Below, one piece after another: positions 1-10,081 of a DNA stretch of 64,000 nucleotides. Source of the stretch: an uncultured bacterium. Its GTDB lineage: Bacteria > Acidobacteriota > HRBIN11 > JAKEFK01. The stretch is taken from the NCBI GenBank assembly GCA_963777505.1, contig CAVZQN010000001.1:32001-96000 (forward strand), written 5' to 3'. Each line of letters begins with the position of its first letter. The first letter of the stretch is position 1. A program made the translations under genes and the position numbers. A model generated the notes under the pieces. It had not been told where the DNA came from. It made no database searches and saw only the letters and a program-made list of their open reading frames with translations.

Positions 1-651
1 TTCGGCAAGATCGACACGACTGCTCACGATTGCGCCGCCAACAACATCACTATGACCATTCAAATATTTTGTTGTGGAATGCACAACAATATCTGCGCCA
101 AGTTCAATCGGACGTTGATTGTGAGGAGAAAGAAAGGTGTTATCCACGATTGAAAGCGCACCATGTTGATGCGCAATTTCAGACACCGCCTGAATGTCAA
201 TGATATTGAGCAGCGGATTACTTGGAGTTTCAATCCAGATGGCTTTTGTTTGCGGCTTGATTGCTTTTGTGATTTCTTCCAAACGGCTCATATCGACATA
301 TGTCGTTTCGATTCCAAATTGTTCTTTGTACGTTCGAAGCAGGCGGTCTGTTCCGCCGTAACAATCATGTGTGCAAATCACATGATCACCGCTTTTCAGC
401 AGATGAAGCACAGTTGTGATCGCAGCCATTCCTGTTGCAACCGCCGAAGCTCCATAGCCGCCTTCCAGTGAGGCAAGATTTTCTTCCAATGCTTTTCGAG
501 TGGGATTGTTTGTGCGTGAGTAATCGAAACCTTTCGTCACTCCAACATCTTCAAAACGAAATGTAGACGTTTGGTAAATCGGAGTGATTACGCTGTTATA
601 GGCTGTGTCTTTGTCGACACCTGTGTGAATGGATTTAGTTTGAAAACGCAT
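1..651 (-). CDS. Cystathionine gamma-synthase/lyase family PLP enzyme (3' end runs off window)
   Basis: Manual translation from ATG at 651: MRFQTKSIHTGVDKDTAYNSVITPIYQTSTF...YSRTNNPTR...ETPSNPLL...VDNTF...HSTTKYLNGHSDVVGG. Absent from the ORF track because it is truncated. Confidence 0.92.
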   Translation of the reverse strand, partial: MRFQTKSIHTGVDKDTAYNSVITPIYQTSTFRFEDVGVTKGFDYSRTNNPTRKALEENLASLEGGYGASAVATGMAAITTVLHLLKSGDHVICTHDCYGGTDRLLRTYKEQFGIETTYVDMSRLEEITKAIKPQTKAIWIETPSNPLLNIIDIQAVSEIAHQHGALSIVDNTFLSPHNQRPIELGADIVVHSTTKYLNGHSDVVGGAIVSSRVDLAE

Positions 652-726
652 GTGACACCTCGTATTCGTTTGTGCAACCTCTTCGGATGATCGGAAGAGG
701 CTGCTACGAAATGCACTTGCGTCTCC

Positions 727-857
727 CTCCCATCTTTCCCATAAAACTCGTGCAGTTTTATAGGCAGGAATTAGCACCTGGCGTTTCAGGAGGTTGATTC
801 CAAAACCGGTTGCTAAGGCGTCATCGGGCCTGTTCCCTCGACCTTTCCAGATAAGAG
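727..857 (-). ncRNA. SAM-I (S-box) riboswitch
   Basis: Minus strand CTCTTATC-tggaaaggtcGAGGGAacaGGCCCgatGAcgCCttaGCAACC...GGTGCTAATTCCtgc...GAAAGATGGGAG matches the SAM-I core. It lies in the leader of a Cys/Met metabolism gene. Confidence 0.92.
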
Positions 858-886
858 AAAACTAAATTGTGAAAGAACGGACCTTG

Positions 887-916
887 TTTATATAAAAATT
901 CTGCGGACTCTGTCAA
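887..916 (-). promoter_or_regulatory. Sigma70-like promoter for the riboswitch leader
   Basis: TTGACA-N17/18-(A)TATAAA on the minus strand, just upstream of the SAM-I aptamer. Confidence 0.6.
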
Positions 917-941
917 GTCCTTTGCGCCTTTGTTGAATTTC

Positions 942-1098
942 GTAGCCCCCGGCGTAAGCCGGGGGTAACAGGATTGGAGAAATGATCTAGCCCGCCTCAA
1001 GCGGGCGAAAGACCATTGCTTCAGAAGACTCTTACGCCCGCCTGTGGCGGGCTGAATCATTACATGCATACTGAACCCCCGGCTTACGCCGGGGGCTA
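942..1098. repeat. REP doublet (REPIN/BIME-like) with GTAG-type palindromes
   Basis: GTAGCCCCCGGCGTAAGCCGGGGG (942-965) and its inverted copy CCCCCGGCTTACGCCGGGGGCTA (1076-1098), enclosing two GCCCGCC..GCGGGC hairpins. Confidence 0.85.
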
Positions 1099-2443
1099 AT
1101 TCTTTGTGGTCTGTTTTTTTTGAGCGACCCAGAATAAAACACAAGCTAAGACCCAACATAAAAACTGTGCCAACAATCACAGTTAATTCGAACTCCAGTA
1201 CATTTTCGGTACCTGAAGATGGTATGAATACAAATGCAATTCCAAATAATGTTGCGGCGACACCAATCAGTGCCAGCACTCGCTGAATTCCAAGCTTATA
1301 TTGACCGGCAAAAAGATAAACAAATGGAATCAACTGAATCACAATTGAACATTTGAGTAATTTTTCGTAAACATCACGAACAGTAGATCCGTACAAGGAA
1401 ATCAAAAGCAAGATTGTACAAACCACACCTTGAACCAACAGTGCATTGATTGGAGTGCCCCATTTCGGATGAGTTTTTCCAAGTGCTTTTGGAAGATAAA
1501 CATCAACTCCCATAACAAACGGTATTCGCGCGGAGCCCGCAAGCCATGCGGAACAAACTCCAAGAACTGCAAGCGATAAGATCACTGCAGCAAATGGAAT
1601 CAAAGCTGTTAAATTCAAACGCGTTGCAACACTCGTTACGGCCTGCATGACACCGGTCACCGCTCCAATCTCATTCGCAGGAACAGCCACAATCAATGCA
1701 ACAACACCTATGATGTAGAGTGAGATGCTGATTATCCCAGCAACAAGAACAGCGCGACGGATAATTTTTTCGGTATCTTTAATTTCATCACCCATCACCG
1801 ATCCTAGTTCAAGCCCAACAAGCGAATACATCGCAACGCTCAACACAGAAAGCGAACCATATTCATGAAGTGAAGGAAGTGCCTCACTCCACTGAAATGG
1901 AGTCTCTGACGATCCTGTTTTTAAGTAAGCCAGAATTCCGATCACCGTAAGAAATGCAAGGCTAACCCAAACACCGAAACCTCCAATATTGTTCAACCAT
2001 TTGCCAACACTCAATCCGCGAATATGCATCAGTGTGACAAGCCACAACACCGTTATCGAAGAAACAATCATGAAGTTAACGTTGTCTGCCAATTTTGCAG
2101 ATTCAGGGCCGCCAACGTAAGTCAAAACACCAACGATGATGAATACAACCGAAGGAATGTAGAAAAGATTATTTGTCCAATAACACCAGCCGGATATGAA
2201 TGCGTGAAAGTCGCCAAAACATTCGCGGGTCCACAAATAAATCCCGCCTTCTCCTGGATATCGTTTTCCAAATTCGGCAACCGCAACACCCTGAGGTACC
2301 AGAAAAAGGAAAAAAGCGAGAATGTAATAAGAGACAGCGCGCCAACCTTCTCCTGCAATCAACGGCAACGCGTTAACGTTGACAACAGCGACGACCATCA
2401 ACAGAACAAGATCGCGGAGGTTTAGCTCGCGGCGAAGGTTCAA
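1096..2443 (-). CDS. APC-family amino acid/polyamine permease (probable indel near 1146)
   Basis: Multi-TM protein with YPGEGGIYLW and GLELGS motifs. The track's extension to 821 reads through the REP and riboswitch. Removing one base restores ...LACVLFWVAQKKQTTKN* ending at 1096. Confidence 0.85.
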
Positions 2444-2446
2444 AGC

Positions 2447-3806
2447 CTAACCTTGCGCACTTAACTTTTGAGCCTCTTGAAGTGCAGGGACAAGCTCACG
2501 AAATGTTTTGAGATGATGATCGATGTCAGCTTCTGTATGAGCGACGCAAATCGTCCATTGTTCATCCCATGCGTACGCTTGCGTTAATATTCCGCGACTC
2601 AGCATCCCATACCACCAAACTTTCCACATTTCAGCATCTACATTGAGCCAATCACGGTAATTTTTTACTTCACGTTCGCAGAACTGAACGGTACCATTGC
2701 ATCCGGCGCCGACAGCATATCCTTTCAAACCATTCTTTTTCAGAATGTCATTGTATCCATCAATCAACATTTGATTGAGTTTACTGATGCGCGGATAGAT
2801 ATCTGAAGTTAAAACTTTCGTAAGAGTGGCAAGTCCGGCGGTAACGCCAACAGATTCGCATTGTATGTTCCTGCATGAAACACAATTCCCTTTTCGAGAA
2901 CTTCCATCACATCTCTGCGCGCGCCAAATGCTGCAAGAGGAAATCCGCCACCGATCGCTTTCGCAAGACAAACCATGTCAGGCTTTATTTTGAAATATTC
3001 GCAGGCTCCACCGCGCGCAAGCTTAACTCCAGTTTTCACTTCATCAAAAATTAACAACGCTCCATTCTTCTTACAAAGATCATGAACACCTTGCAAATAC
3101 CCTGGCTCCGGCATCGCGATTCCAATGTTCATTTGAATTGGTTCAACAATCACCGCAGCAATTTGTCCTGAATTCGCTTGAAACGCAATTTCTGAACGCT
3201 TCCAAGATCGTTAAACTGACACGGCACCGTATTTTCTGCAGTACCATCAGGCACTCCTGCTGAAGCTTTTACCACGTTTGGATGTTTAGGATCACCGGCT
3301 TCTTCGACAGGTGGTTTGTAGCTGACCAGAACGGAATCATGAACGCCATGATAAGCGCCTTCCATTTTTATGATTTTGTCGCGGCCTGTAAAACCGCGTG
3401 CTATGCGGATCGCATGCATCGTTGCTTCCGTTCCGGAATTTGCAAAACGGATTAGATCAACCGGAAACCGCGACAACAATTCTTCAGCAAGACTTTGTTC
3501 CAGCTCATACGGCATTCCATACATAGTGCCCAGTTCAAGCCTTTTTGATACTGCTCCAGTAATTGCAGGATGGGCATGACCGGCCAATAAAACACCAAAT
3601 GATAAATTGTGATCTAAATATTCATTTCCATCCAAATCCCGAAAACGGCCGCCATTGGCAGATTTTACAAAAACAGGATGAGGAGGATAAGAACGAAAAT
3701 TGCTGGATACTCCAAGCGGTAAATATTTTTTCCCTCTCTCCAAAGCCGCCCTGGATGCGGGTGTTCGCGAGGCAAAACGTTCAATTTCAACATCTGATGG
3801 TCTCAC
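2447..3806 (-). CDS. Class-III aminotransferase, glutamate-1-semialdehyde aminomutase-like (two frameshifts, ~3185 and ~2840)
   Basis: Three consecutive ORF fragments carry NSGTEATM, EGAYHG, IVEP, FDEVKTG, LAKAIGGGFP and HAGTYNAN motifs. Confidence 0.85.
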
Positions 3807-3878
3807 TTGAAACTCCTTGACTTTCTTACAAAGATTTAATCATAAAGATCACTGAGCACAAAATTGTGAATAAGGCGC

Positions 3879-3906
3879 TTGACAGAGGAAGTGCTCTTGT
3901 TATTAT
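3879..3906 (+). promoter_or_regulatory. Sigma70 promoter with extended -10
   Basis: TTGACA-N16-TATTAT with TG in the extended -10 position, about 85 nt upstream of the ATG at 3993. Confidence 0.65.
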
Positions 3907-3992
3907 TTGTAAATGTCTCGACGGGTGAGACTAGGTTCTGAAACTCAAAACTCTGCCCGAATCCGGCAAGTACGCAGTCAAGGAGGGCTGTA

Positions 3993-4238
3993 ATGGCACA
4001 AGAAAAAGTTACAAAAGCTGGTGTGAAAAGAGAATCTGGTTATTTGTATTTCCTCGATGGTGATGGTGATATCAGCCGTGCCCCGATGGTCCGTGGCCGT
4101 GGGAAAGGCTCTAAAGGCAAACCGGAAAAAGTTACTAAAACTCAAGTTAAGAAAGACGCCGGTTATATGTACTTTATTGACAAAGATGGCGACGTAGCCA
4201 GAACGAAAATGGCACGCGGTGGAAAAGGCAAAAAATAA
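3993..4238 (+). CDS. Small basic tandem-repeat protein, putative CC1-like nucleic-acid-binding protein
   Basis: AGGAGG RBS; two ~37-aa repeats of EKVTKxxVK+xxGYxYFxDxDGDxxRxxMxRG; Lys-rich. Confidence 0.8.
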   Translation: MAQEKVTKAGVKRESGYLYFLDGDGDISRAPMVRGRGKGSKGKPEKVTKTQVKKDAGYMYFIDKDGDVARTKMARGGKGKK

Positions 4239-4249
4239 TTCATCAACAT

Positions 4250-4293
4250 AACCGCAGAGACACAACGTTAAATAACCTGGAGTCTCTGCGGTT
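4250..4293. terminator. Inverted repeat between convergent genes (ACCGCAGAG repeat family)
   Basis: AACCGCAGAGAC-N20-GTCTCTGCGGTT, a perfect 12-bp stem. Confidence 0.7.
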
Positions 4294-6570
4294 CTAGCTT
4301 CTTCGGAGTTGTTCTGCACGCTGGAGGTGTTGTTGCGCTTCGCGCGCGCGTCCTAAGCGATTGAGTAAATCCGCTAACAAATAATTCCCTAGAATTTTGT
4401 TTTCGGTTTCTTTACTTTTCTCAATTCCATCCGCAGCAAGCTGTTCTGCTCTATTTAGATCGCCACCGGTGTCCATCAAATTCTTAGCAAGATAGATGTA
4501 CGCCACACCATAATCCGGTTTTGTTTTAATACACTCTTCCAGTTCGCGTCTTTCCGAATCTATATCCCCTGCTTTGCGAAGGATTCTACTGAGATTAAAT
4601 CTCGCAGGATACGATTCTGGAAATAATTCCACTTCTTTTTTGTAATCTTCCATTGCAAGTGCCCATTGATTCCGTGATTCATAAACCAGGGCTCGATTAA
4701 AATGGGCGTTGGGGAATCGATCATTCATTTCGAGCGCTTTATTAATTTCCACTATCGCTTCTTCAAAACGTTCCAATTCTAAAAGACAAGCGCCTAATCG
4801 ATTTCGAAACGCGGCCGATTCAGGATCAATTTCTAAGGCTTTACGGAAATGGGACAATGCGGTTTGTTGTTGTCCTTCTGCTGCTGCGATTTCGCCTAAA
4901 TGAAAATAAGCTTTCGTATCACGTGGATCCATTTGCAAGACACGTTCAAAGCCGGTTCGGGCTGCATCCCATTGTTCATCGCGTTCAAATGCAACTGCCA
5001 GGCTGAAAATGGCTGCCGTGAATGTTGAATTCAATGCAATGGCAGCCTGGAAACTTTCACGCGCTTTTGCAAATTGATCTTTCTTCATCCAAATGTTGCC
5101 TTGCACAAGATGGGCTTCTAAGATGCCTGAATCGATTCGAAGAACTTCGGTAATATCGGCAAGAGCTTCGTCCGTTTTTTCTTCAGCGGATTTCCATTGC
5201 GCAAGTTTTAGCAGATTGTACAAACTGATTTTGTCCTTTGGATCTGCCAGCGTTCCAGCTTCACCAACAATGGGCGCTGTATAGGTGCCGATGTAGCCTA
5301 ATGCTTGCAGCTTTTCTAAAGCCTCATCATCCATCGGTTTTGGCCCCTTTAATTCGGCGCCTCCGGCTTTCACAAGCTGCGTGATTTGATTTTTGAATGG
5401 TTCAGCACGGCGCGTCTCGGAACTGTAAAGATTGTCCGACTCATCAGTGTCCTGCGACACGCGATACAGTTCAGGTTGTGGAGCTTCTATGAACTTGTAT
5501 TCAGCTGTGCGAAGCGATTTCAGTTCATTCCAACCATAATGGAATCTTGGATAATAGGATTCGCTGTAAGCTGATAGCGGCGCTGGCAGTTTTTCGCCCT
5601 GAATGAGCGGGATCAAACTGACACCGTCAAGTTTCGATGGGGGTGGCACTTGAAGCAGCGCGCAAATCGTTGGAAAAAGATCGACAGTTCGAACTTGATC
5701 GCGAACGTGAATCGCTTCCCCTCCGGGCACAAGAACAATCAAGGGTACATGCGTTGTTGCATCATAAATGAAAAAGCCATGGCCGGTTTCCTGATGCTCT
5801 CCAAGACTTTCCCCATGATCCGCAGTAAGTACTATGGATGTAGTACTACTTAGATTGTTCTGGTCCAAAAAGGCCTGAAGCTTTCCAATCAAATAATCCG
5901 TGTAAGCTATTTCGCCATCGTAAAGCCCAAACTTCTGGTTAGCCCATGGCGCGCGAAATGGATCGGGTGGATCATAAGGCGTGTGGGGATCATATAAGTG
6001 AATCCACGAAAAAAATTGACGATCCTTAACTCCGTCCATCCATTTGATGGCCGCATCCATCGTTTCATCCCCTCTTCTTTGAACGGAATCGAGACTTACT
6101 GCCTTATATTTCGAAAGTTCAAAATGATCGAAATACTCATCAAACCCTTGAGCAATTCCCCATTTGCGATCCAGAACAAATGCACTGACAAACCCACCAG
6201 TAGAAAAACCGGAGCCTTTCAATGTTTCTGCCAGGGTCACCCAATTATCTTCAAGATAAAAGCCGGCATTGTCTCTCACTCCATGCGACACAGGATACAT
6301 TCCTGTCATGATTGAAGAATGCGAAGGAAGTGTAAGTGGAGTTGTAGCAGTCGCATTTTGAAACAAAGCTCCTTTTTGTGCCCAGGCATCAATATTCGGA
6401 GTCTGTGCCCGCGTATATCCATAACAACCCAGGCGGTCTGCGCGAAGTGTATCAATCGTGATCAAAATCACATTCTTTGGACGGCTTAATTCCTTCTTAG
6501 CCGGCCGGAGATACCATGCACCGACTCCAGCTGCCACAACGAGAACACCTACAATGAGCCATTTCTTCAT
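4294..6570 (-). CDS. Alkaline-phosphatase-superfamily (sulfatase-like) hydrolase with C-terminal TPR repeats
   Basis: N-terminal anchor, ITIDTLRAD, TLPSH, HLYDPH and ADHGE motifs, then about 8 TPRs. Confidence 0.9.
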   Translation of the reverse strand: MKKWLIVGVLVVAAGVGAWYLRPAKKELSRPKNVILITIDTLRADRLGCYGYTRAQTPNIDAWAQKGALFQNATATTPLTLPSHSSIMTGMYPVSHGVRDNAGFYLEDNWVTLAETLKGSGFSTGGFVSAFVLDRKWGIAQGFDEYFDHFELSKYKAVSLDSVQRRGDETMDAAIKWMDGVKDRQFFSWIHLYDPHTPYDPPDPFRAPWANQKFGLYDGEIAYTDYLIGKLQAFLDQNNLSSTTSIVLTADHGESLGEHQETGHGFFIYDATTHVPLIVLVPGGEAIHVRDQVRTVDLFPTICALLQVPPPSKLDGVSLIPLIQGEKLPAPLSAYSESYYPRFHYGWNELKSLRTAEYKFIEAPQPELYRVSQDTDESDNLYSSETRRAEPFKNQITQLVKAGGAELKGPKPMDDEALEKLQALGYIGTYTAPIVGEAGTLADPKDKISLYNLLKLAQWKSAEEKTDEALADITEVLRIDSGILEAHLVQGNIWMKKDQFAKARESFQAAIALNSTFTAAIFSLAVAFERDEQWDAARTGFERVLQMDPRDTKAYFHLGEIAAAEGQQQTALSHFRKALEIDPESAAFRNRLGACLLELERFEEAIVEINKALEMNDRFPNAHFNRALVYESRNQWALAMEDYKKEVELFPESYPARFNLSRILRKAGDIDSERRELEECIKTKPDYGVAYIYLAKNLMDTGGDLNRAEQLAADGIEKSKETENKILGNYLLADLLNRLGRAREAQQHLQRAEQLRRS

Positions 6571-6689
6571 AAGGCTTTAATCATAGTGAATCTAAAGAAA
6601 AAAATTAAGGGATAGTGAAATATTCTCGTAGTGAGGGGCCAAATATTGAAAATTGCTCACTTTTCCATACATTGGAGATGGAGGATTTT

Positions 6690-7133
6690 ATGCAAATGAG
6701 AAGAAGTATAGGCTTCACAATTCTTGCAATTATTTCAATTTTCAATTTTGCGCAGGCCGACAACCAGACACAAACTCAGACGCAGACGCAACTTCAAACG
6801 ATGCCTGCACAGAAACTTGAAGTGAACAAACGCGGAACGCCTGTCGCAACATTGAAAGGAACTGGCGATCAAACAACAAAAGAATTTCAGCTCAAACAAG
6901 GCTCTGCAACATTCGATCTTTTGCTCGATTGGGAAAAACGGGATCCCGATCTTCAGCCCGGTGAAGGAAAATTTGAAGTGGTTCTAATAGACGAACAAGG
7001 ACGAAATGTTGAACACGTCATTGGAACTATCGGTCATTTTGATGGCGCCAGAACTGTTCAGATTCCTAAAACTGCAAAATACAAGCTCAAAGTTACAGCA
7101 CCAGGACCCTGGACTATTGATATTGCGCAGTGA
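6690..7133 (+). CDS. Secreted hypothetical protein (QT-repeat linker plus beta-sandwich-like domain)
   Basis: GGAGG RBS before ATG 6690, signal peptide ending AQA, QTQTQTQ linker, C-terminal GPWTIDI. Confidence 0.7.
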   Translation: MQMRRSIGFTILAIISIFNFAQADNQTQTQTQTQLQTMPAQKLEVNKRGTPVATLKGTGDQTTKEFQLKQGSATFDLLLDWEKRDPDLQPGEGKFEVVLIDEQGRNVEHVIGTIGHFDGARTVQIPKTAKYKLKVTAPGPWTIDIAQ

Positions 7134-7191
7134 TCTGGCACTGAATTCGGTATCCACTCATTTGCAATAGTGAGAACACAATAATACCTTT

Positions 7192-8463
7192 ATGAGCATG
7201 AATTCCCCTCTTTATAAGAGATTCTTGAACACAAGAGCGGCTACTGAACGGCTTTGCCAGCCGCTGCAAACAGAAGACTATGTGATTCAATCCATGGATG
7301 ATGTAAGTCCGCCCAAATGGCACTTAGGACACACTTCCTGGTTTTTTGAGACGTTTCTTCTGAAAAAGTTTAAGAAGGATTACGCGCCATTTCATCAAAT
7401 GTACGATTTCATTTTCAATTCGTACTATGAATCTTTGGGAACACGCGTTCAACGTCCGCTTCGTGGTTTGCTTTCCAGACCAACTGTCCGCGAAGTTTAT
7501 GAGTATCGTGCAGCAGTCAACGAAGGCATGACCCAATTGATGAACACTCTGGACGATCGTGATCAAAAGAATTTTGATATCTTTACAGAACTAGGAATTC
7601 ATCATGAACAGCAGCATCAGGAACTGCTATACATGGATATCAAAAACATTTTGTCCATCAACCCCACTCGACCGATATACAAACCCCGCGAAAAAACGAA
7701 GAATAACGGTACAGTCCCCGCATTAAAGTATGCCGGATTTGACGGCGGCATTTATACGATTGGACATAACGGAGATACTTTTTGCTTTGATAATGAGTTG
7801 CCTGCACATCAGGTTTTGCTTCAAAATTTCAAAATCGCAAATCGCCTGATCACGAATGGCGAATACTTAGAATTCATCAACGATGGAGGTTATTCAAATC
7901 CTCTTTTGTGGCTCTCGGATGGATGGAGCACAGTACTTCAAAATGAATGGAAAGCTCCAATGTACTGGAGTCAAACGTCGGATGGCTGGGAGATTATGAC
8001 TCTATCCGGTTGGCATGCAGTGGATCCAAGTGAACCTGTCGTACATGTCAGTTTTTATGAAGCGGATGCATTTGCTCGATGGTCAGGAAGAAGGCTGCCA
8101 AGTGAAGCTGAATGGGAGGTAGCGGCCGGCAAATCGGGTGCTTCGATTGAGCTCGGCAATTTTGTAGAAGATGGTCTCTTTCATCCAGCGCCTTTATCTG
8201 AAGAAGATCGCGAGAACAGTCTGCAACAAATGTTTGGAGACGTTTGGGAATGGACTTCGAGTGCATATCATGCATATCCAGGATTTAAGCCGGCTGAAGG
8301 TGCAATCGGCGAGTACAATGGCAAATTTATGAGCAATCAAATGGTACTACGCGGCGGCGCATGCATCACTCCTAGAACTCATATCCGTACTACCTATAGA
8401 AACTTTTTCCAACCAGATAAACGCTGGGCATTTAACGGAATCCGGACAGCCAGCGATTCGTAA
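7192..8463 (+). CDS. egtB: Ergothioneine biosynthesis sulfoxide synthase (type II-like)
   Basis: KWHLGHT and HEQQHQE iron ligands, FNSYY loop, FGE-like domain with GEYNGKFM and RNFF. Confidence 0.93.
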   Translation: MSMNSPLYKRFLNTRAATERLCQPLQTEDYVIQSMDDVSPPKWHLGHTSWFFETFLLKKFKKDYAPFHQMYDFIFNSYYESLGTRVQRPLRGLLSRPTVREVYEYRAAVNEGMTQLMNTLDDRDQKNFDIFTELGIHHEQQHQELLYMDIKNILSINPTRPIYKPREKTKNNGTVPALKYAGFDGGIYTIGHNGDTFCFDNELPAHQVLLQNFKIANRLITNGEYLEFINDGGYSNPLLWLSDGWSTVLQNEWKAPMYWSQTSDGWEIMTLSGWHAVDPSEPVVHVSFYEADAFARWSGRRLPSEAEWEVAAGKSGASIELGNFVEDGLFHPAPLSEEDRENSLQQMFGDVWEWTSSAYHAYPGFKPAEGAIGEYNGKFMSNQMVLRGGACITPRTHIRTTYRNFFQPDKRWAFNGIRTASDS

Positions 8464-8467
8464 AATT

Positions 8468-9484
8468 ATGCCAGCCACATATAAAGTCCTCGATCATCGC
8501 GATCTTGCCGGACTACTTGGAATTAAACAAACATTCGCACTGGATGTTCTGGTTGGACTTTCAGAACCCAGGAAAATGATTCCATCAAAATATTTTTATG
8601 ATGCGGAAGGCAGCCGGCTATTTCAAGAAATTACAAGATTGCCTGAATATTATTTGACGCGGGCAGAATTTGAAATTCTTGAAACCAGTGCACGCACAAT
8701 TGCAGGACTTGCTTTAAACAACAAATGGAATTTAGTTGAGCTGGGCCCTGGCGATGGCCATAAAACCGATCTTCTCCTGACGCAATTCATTGATAAAGGG
8801 ATTGATTTTCATTATGTCCCGATCGATATCTCCGAATCTGCAATGAAAAACCTTGTGAATAATATTCAAAACAATAAGAGCTCGATTGAAGTTCGGGGTC
8901 TCGTATCGGACTACTTTAATGGACTAAAGTGGCTCAACAAGCTGAAAGATGACAACCGCAAGAATTTTGTTCTCTTTCTGGGTTCTAATATCGGCAACTT
9001 TAATGGCGCACGAGCACGAGTGTTCCTTCGTAGTCTGTGGAGCACCTTGAATCATGATGATCTTGTTTTGATCGGATTTGATATGAAAAAGGATATTGAT
9101 TTGATGCTAGCAGCCTACAATGACAACCAGGGGGTTACAGCAGCATTTAATTTAAACTTGCTTCAGAGAATTAACCGCGAGCTTGGTGGGAATTTTGAAG
9201 TTGACCGATTTCAGCATTTTGCAAATTATGATGTTTTTTCGGGAGCTATGGAAAGTTATCTTGTAAGCCAGGCGGAACAAAAAGTATTTATTGGGGAAAT
9301 TGGCCAGGCTTTCCGATTTCAACCGTGGGAACCAATTCACACCGAATATTCCTATAAATTTCTGAAGACAGACATTGAATCACTCGCCATTGAGACTGGA
9401 TTTGAGATAGAAATGCAACTGCATGATTCACGACGTTTTTTCACCGATTCGATCTGGAGAGTTTCAAAAGCCAACAAACCCTAA
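8468..9484 (+). CDS. egtD: L-histidine N-alpha-trimethyltransferase
   Basis: KYFYDAEGSRLF, PEYYLTRAE, ELGPGDG, LGSNIGN, GVTAAFNLNLL, HTEYSYKF; adjacent to egtB. Confidence 0.93.
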   Translation: MPATYKVLDHRDLAGLLGIKQTFALDVLVGLSEPRKMIPSKYFYDAEGSRLFQEITRLPEYYLTRAEFEILETSARTIAGLALNNKWNLVELGPGDGHKTDLLLTQFIDKGIDFHYVPIDISESAMKNLVNNIQNNKSSIEVRGLVSDYFNGLKWLNKLKDDNRKNFVLFLGSNIGNFNGARARVFLRSLWSTLNHDDLVLIGFDMKKDIDLMLAAYNDNQGVTAAFNLNLLQRINRELGGNFEVDRFQHFANYDVFSGAMESYLVSQAEQKVFIGEIGQAFRFQPWEPIHTEYSYKFLKTDIESLAIETGFEIEMQLHDSRRFFTDSIWRVSKANKP

Positions 9485-9633
9485 GTGACAAAAACCTGCC
9501 TGACATTCAATAGTCCGTTTGTATAATCCTCAGACACTAAGCACTTATCTACACCTCAGATTATTTCAGTACATCTTTCGTAAATGTCTGCTATTCAACG
9601 AGATAATGCCAATTTATATCCCTTATCCCAAGT

Positions 9634-9649
9634 TGGAATAGAACTTGCT
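9634..9649 (+). promoter_or_regulatory. Putative sigma54 (-24/-12) promoter
   Basis: TGGAATAGAACTTGCT has GG and GC at the canonical spacing, 43 nt before the Hpt ATG. Confidence 0.55.
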
Positions 9650-9691
9650 TTAGATTTAGGTGGACCAGAGAAATGAGGGAGGAATAAGAAA

Positions 9692-10081
9692 ATGACACAA
9701 TCAATACGAGCAGAAGAACCATTCGATCTGAATAAAGCAATGAGGCATGTGGACTACGATTCAAAGCTGTTTAAAGAAATGGCTTATCTATTTCAACAAC
9801 GATATCGTTTGCTTTTGGACACTGCACGAAAAGCGATTGATGCGAGAGATGTGAAAGCAATTGACTTTACGGCGCACGTGATTCAGGGAACAGTTGCAAA
9901 CTTTGCGGCTTATCGCGCACAGGAACTTGCCAGAAAATTGGAAGAAACTGTTAATGAAAATCAGATGGACAATCTGGATGGTTCCTATGCAGAGCTTGAA
10001 CAGGAAATCGAAAAGCTTGCTGATGCCATATCGAGATGTTTGAAAGAAGGATGGTATGAAAGTTCTGATTGCAGAAGATGA
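9692..10081 (+). CDS. Hpt (histidine phosphotransfer) domain protein
   Basis: AHVIQGTVANF motif (H-x-x-K/Q-G), all-helical. Confidence 0.85.
   Translation: MTQSIRAEEPFDLNKAMRHVDYDSKLFKEMAYLFQQRYRLLLDTARKAIDARDVKAIDFTAHVIQGTVANFAAYRAQELARKLEETVNENQMDNLDGSYAELEQEIEKLADAISRCLKEGWYESSDCRR

Noticed and set aside
821-1095. C-terminal extension of the permease ORF
   Set aside because: It reads through a REP doublet, a promoter and the riboswitch; one indel restores a natural stop at 1096.
7192-8463. Selenoneine synthase SenA, given selC in the window
   Set aside because: No senB or senC is adjacent, selC is 43 kb away, and the motifs fit type II EgtB.
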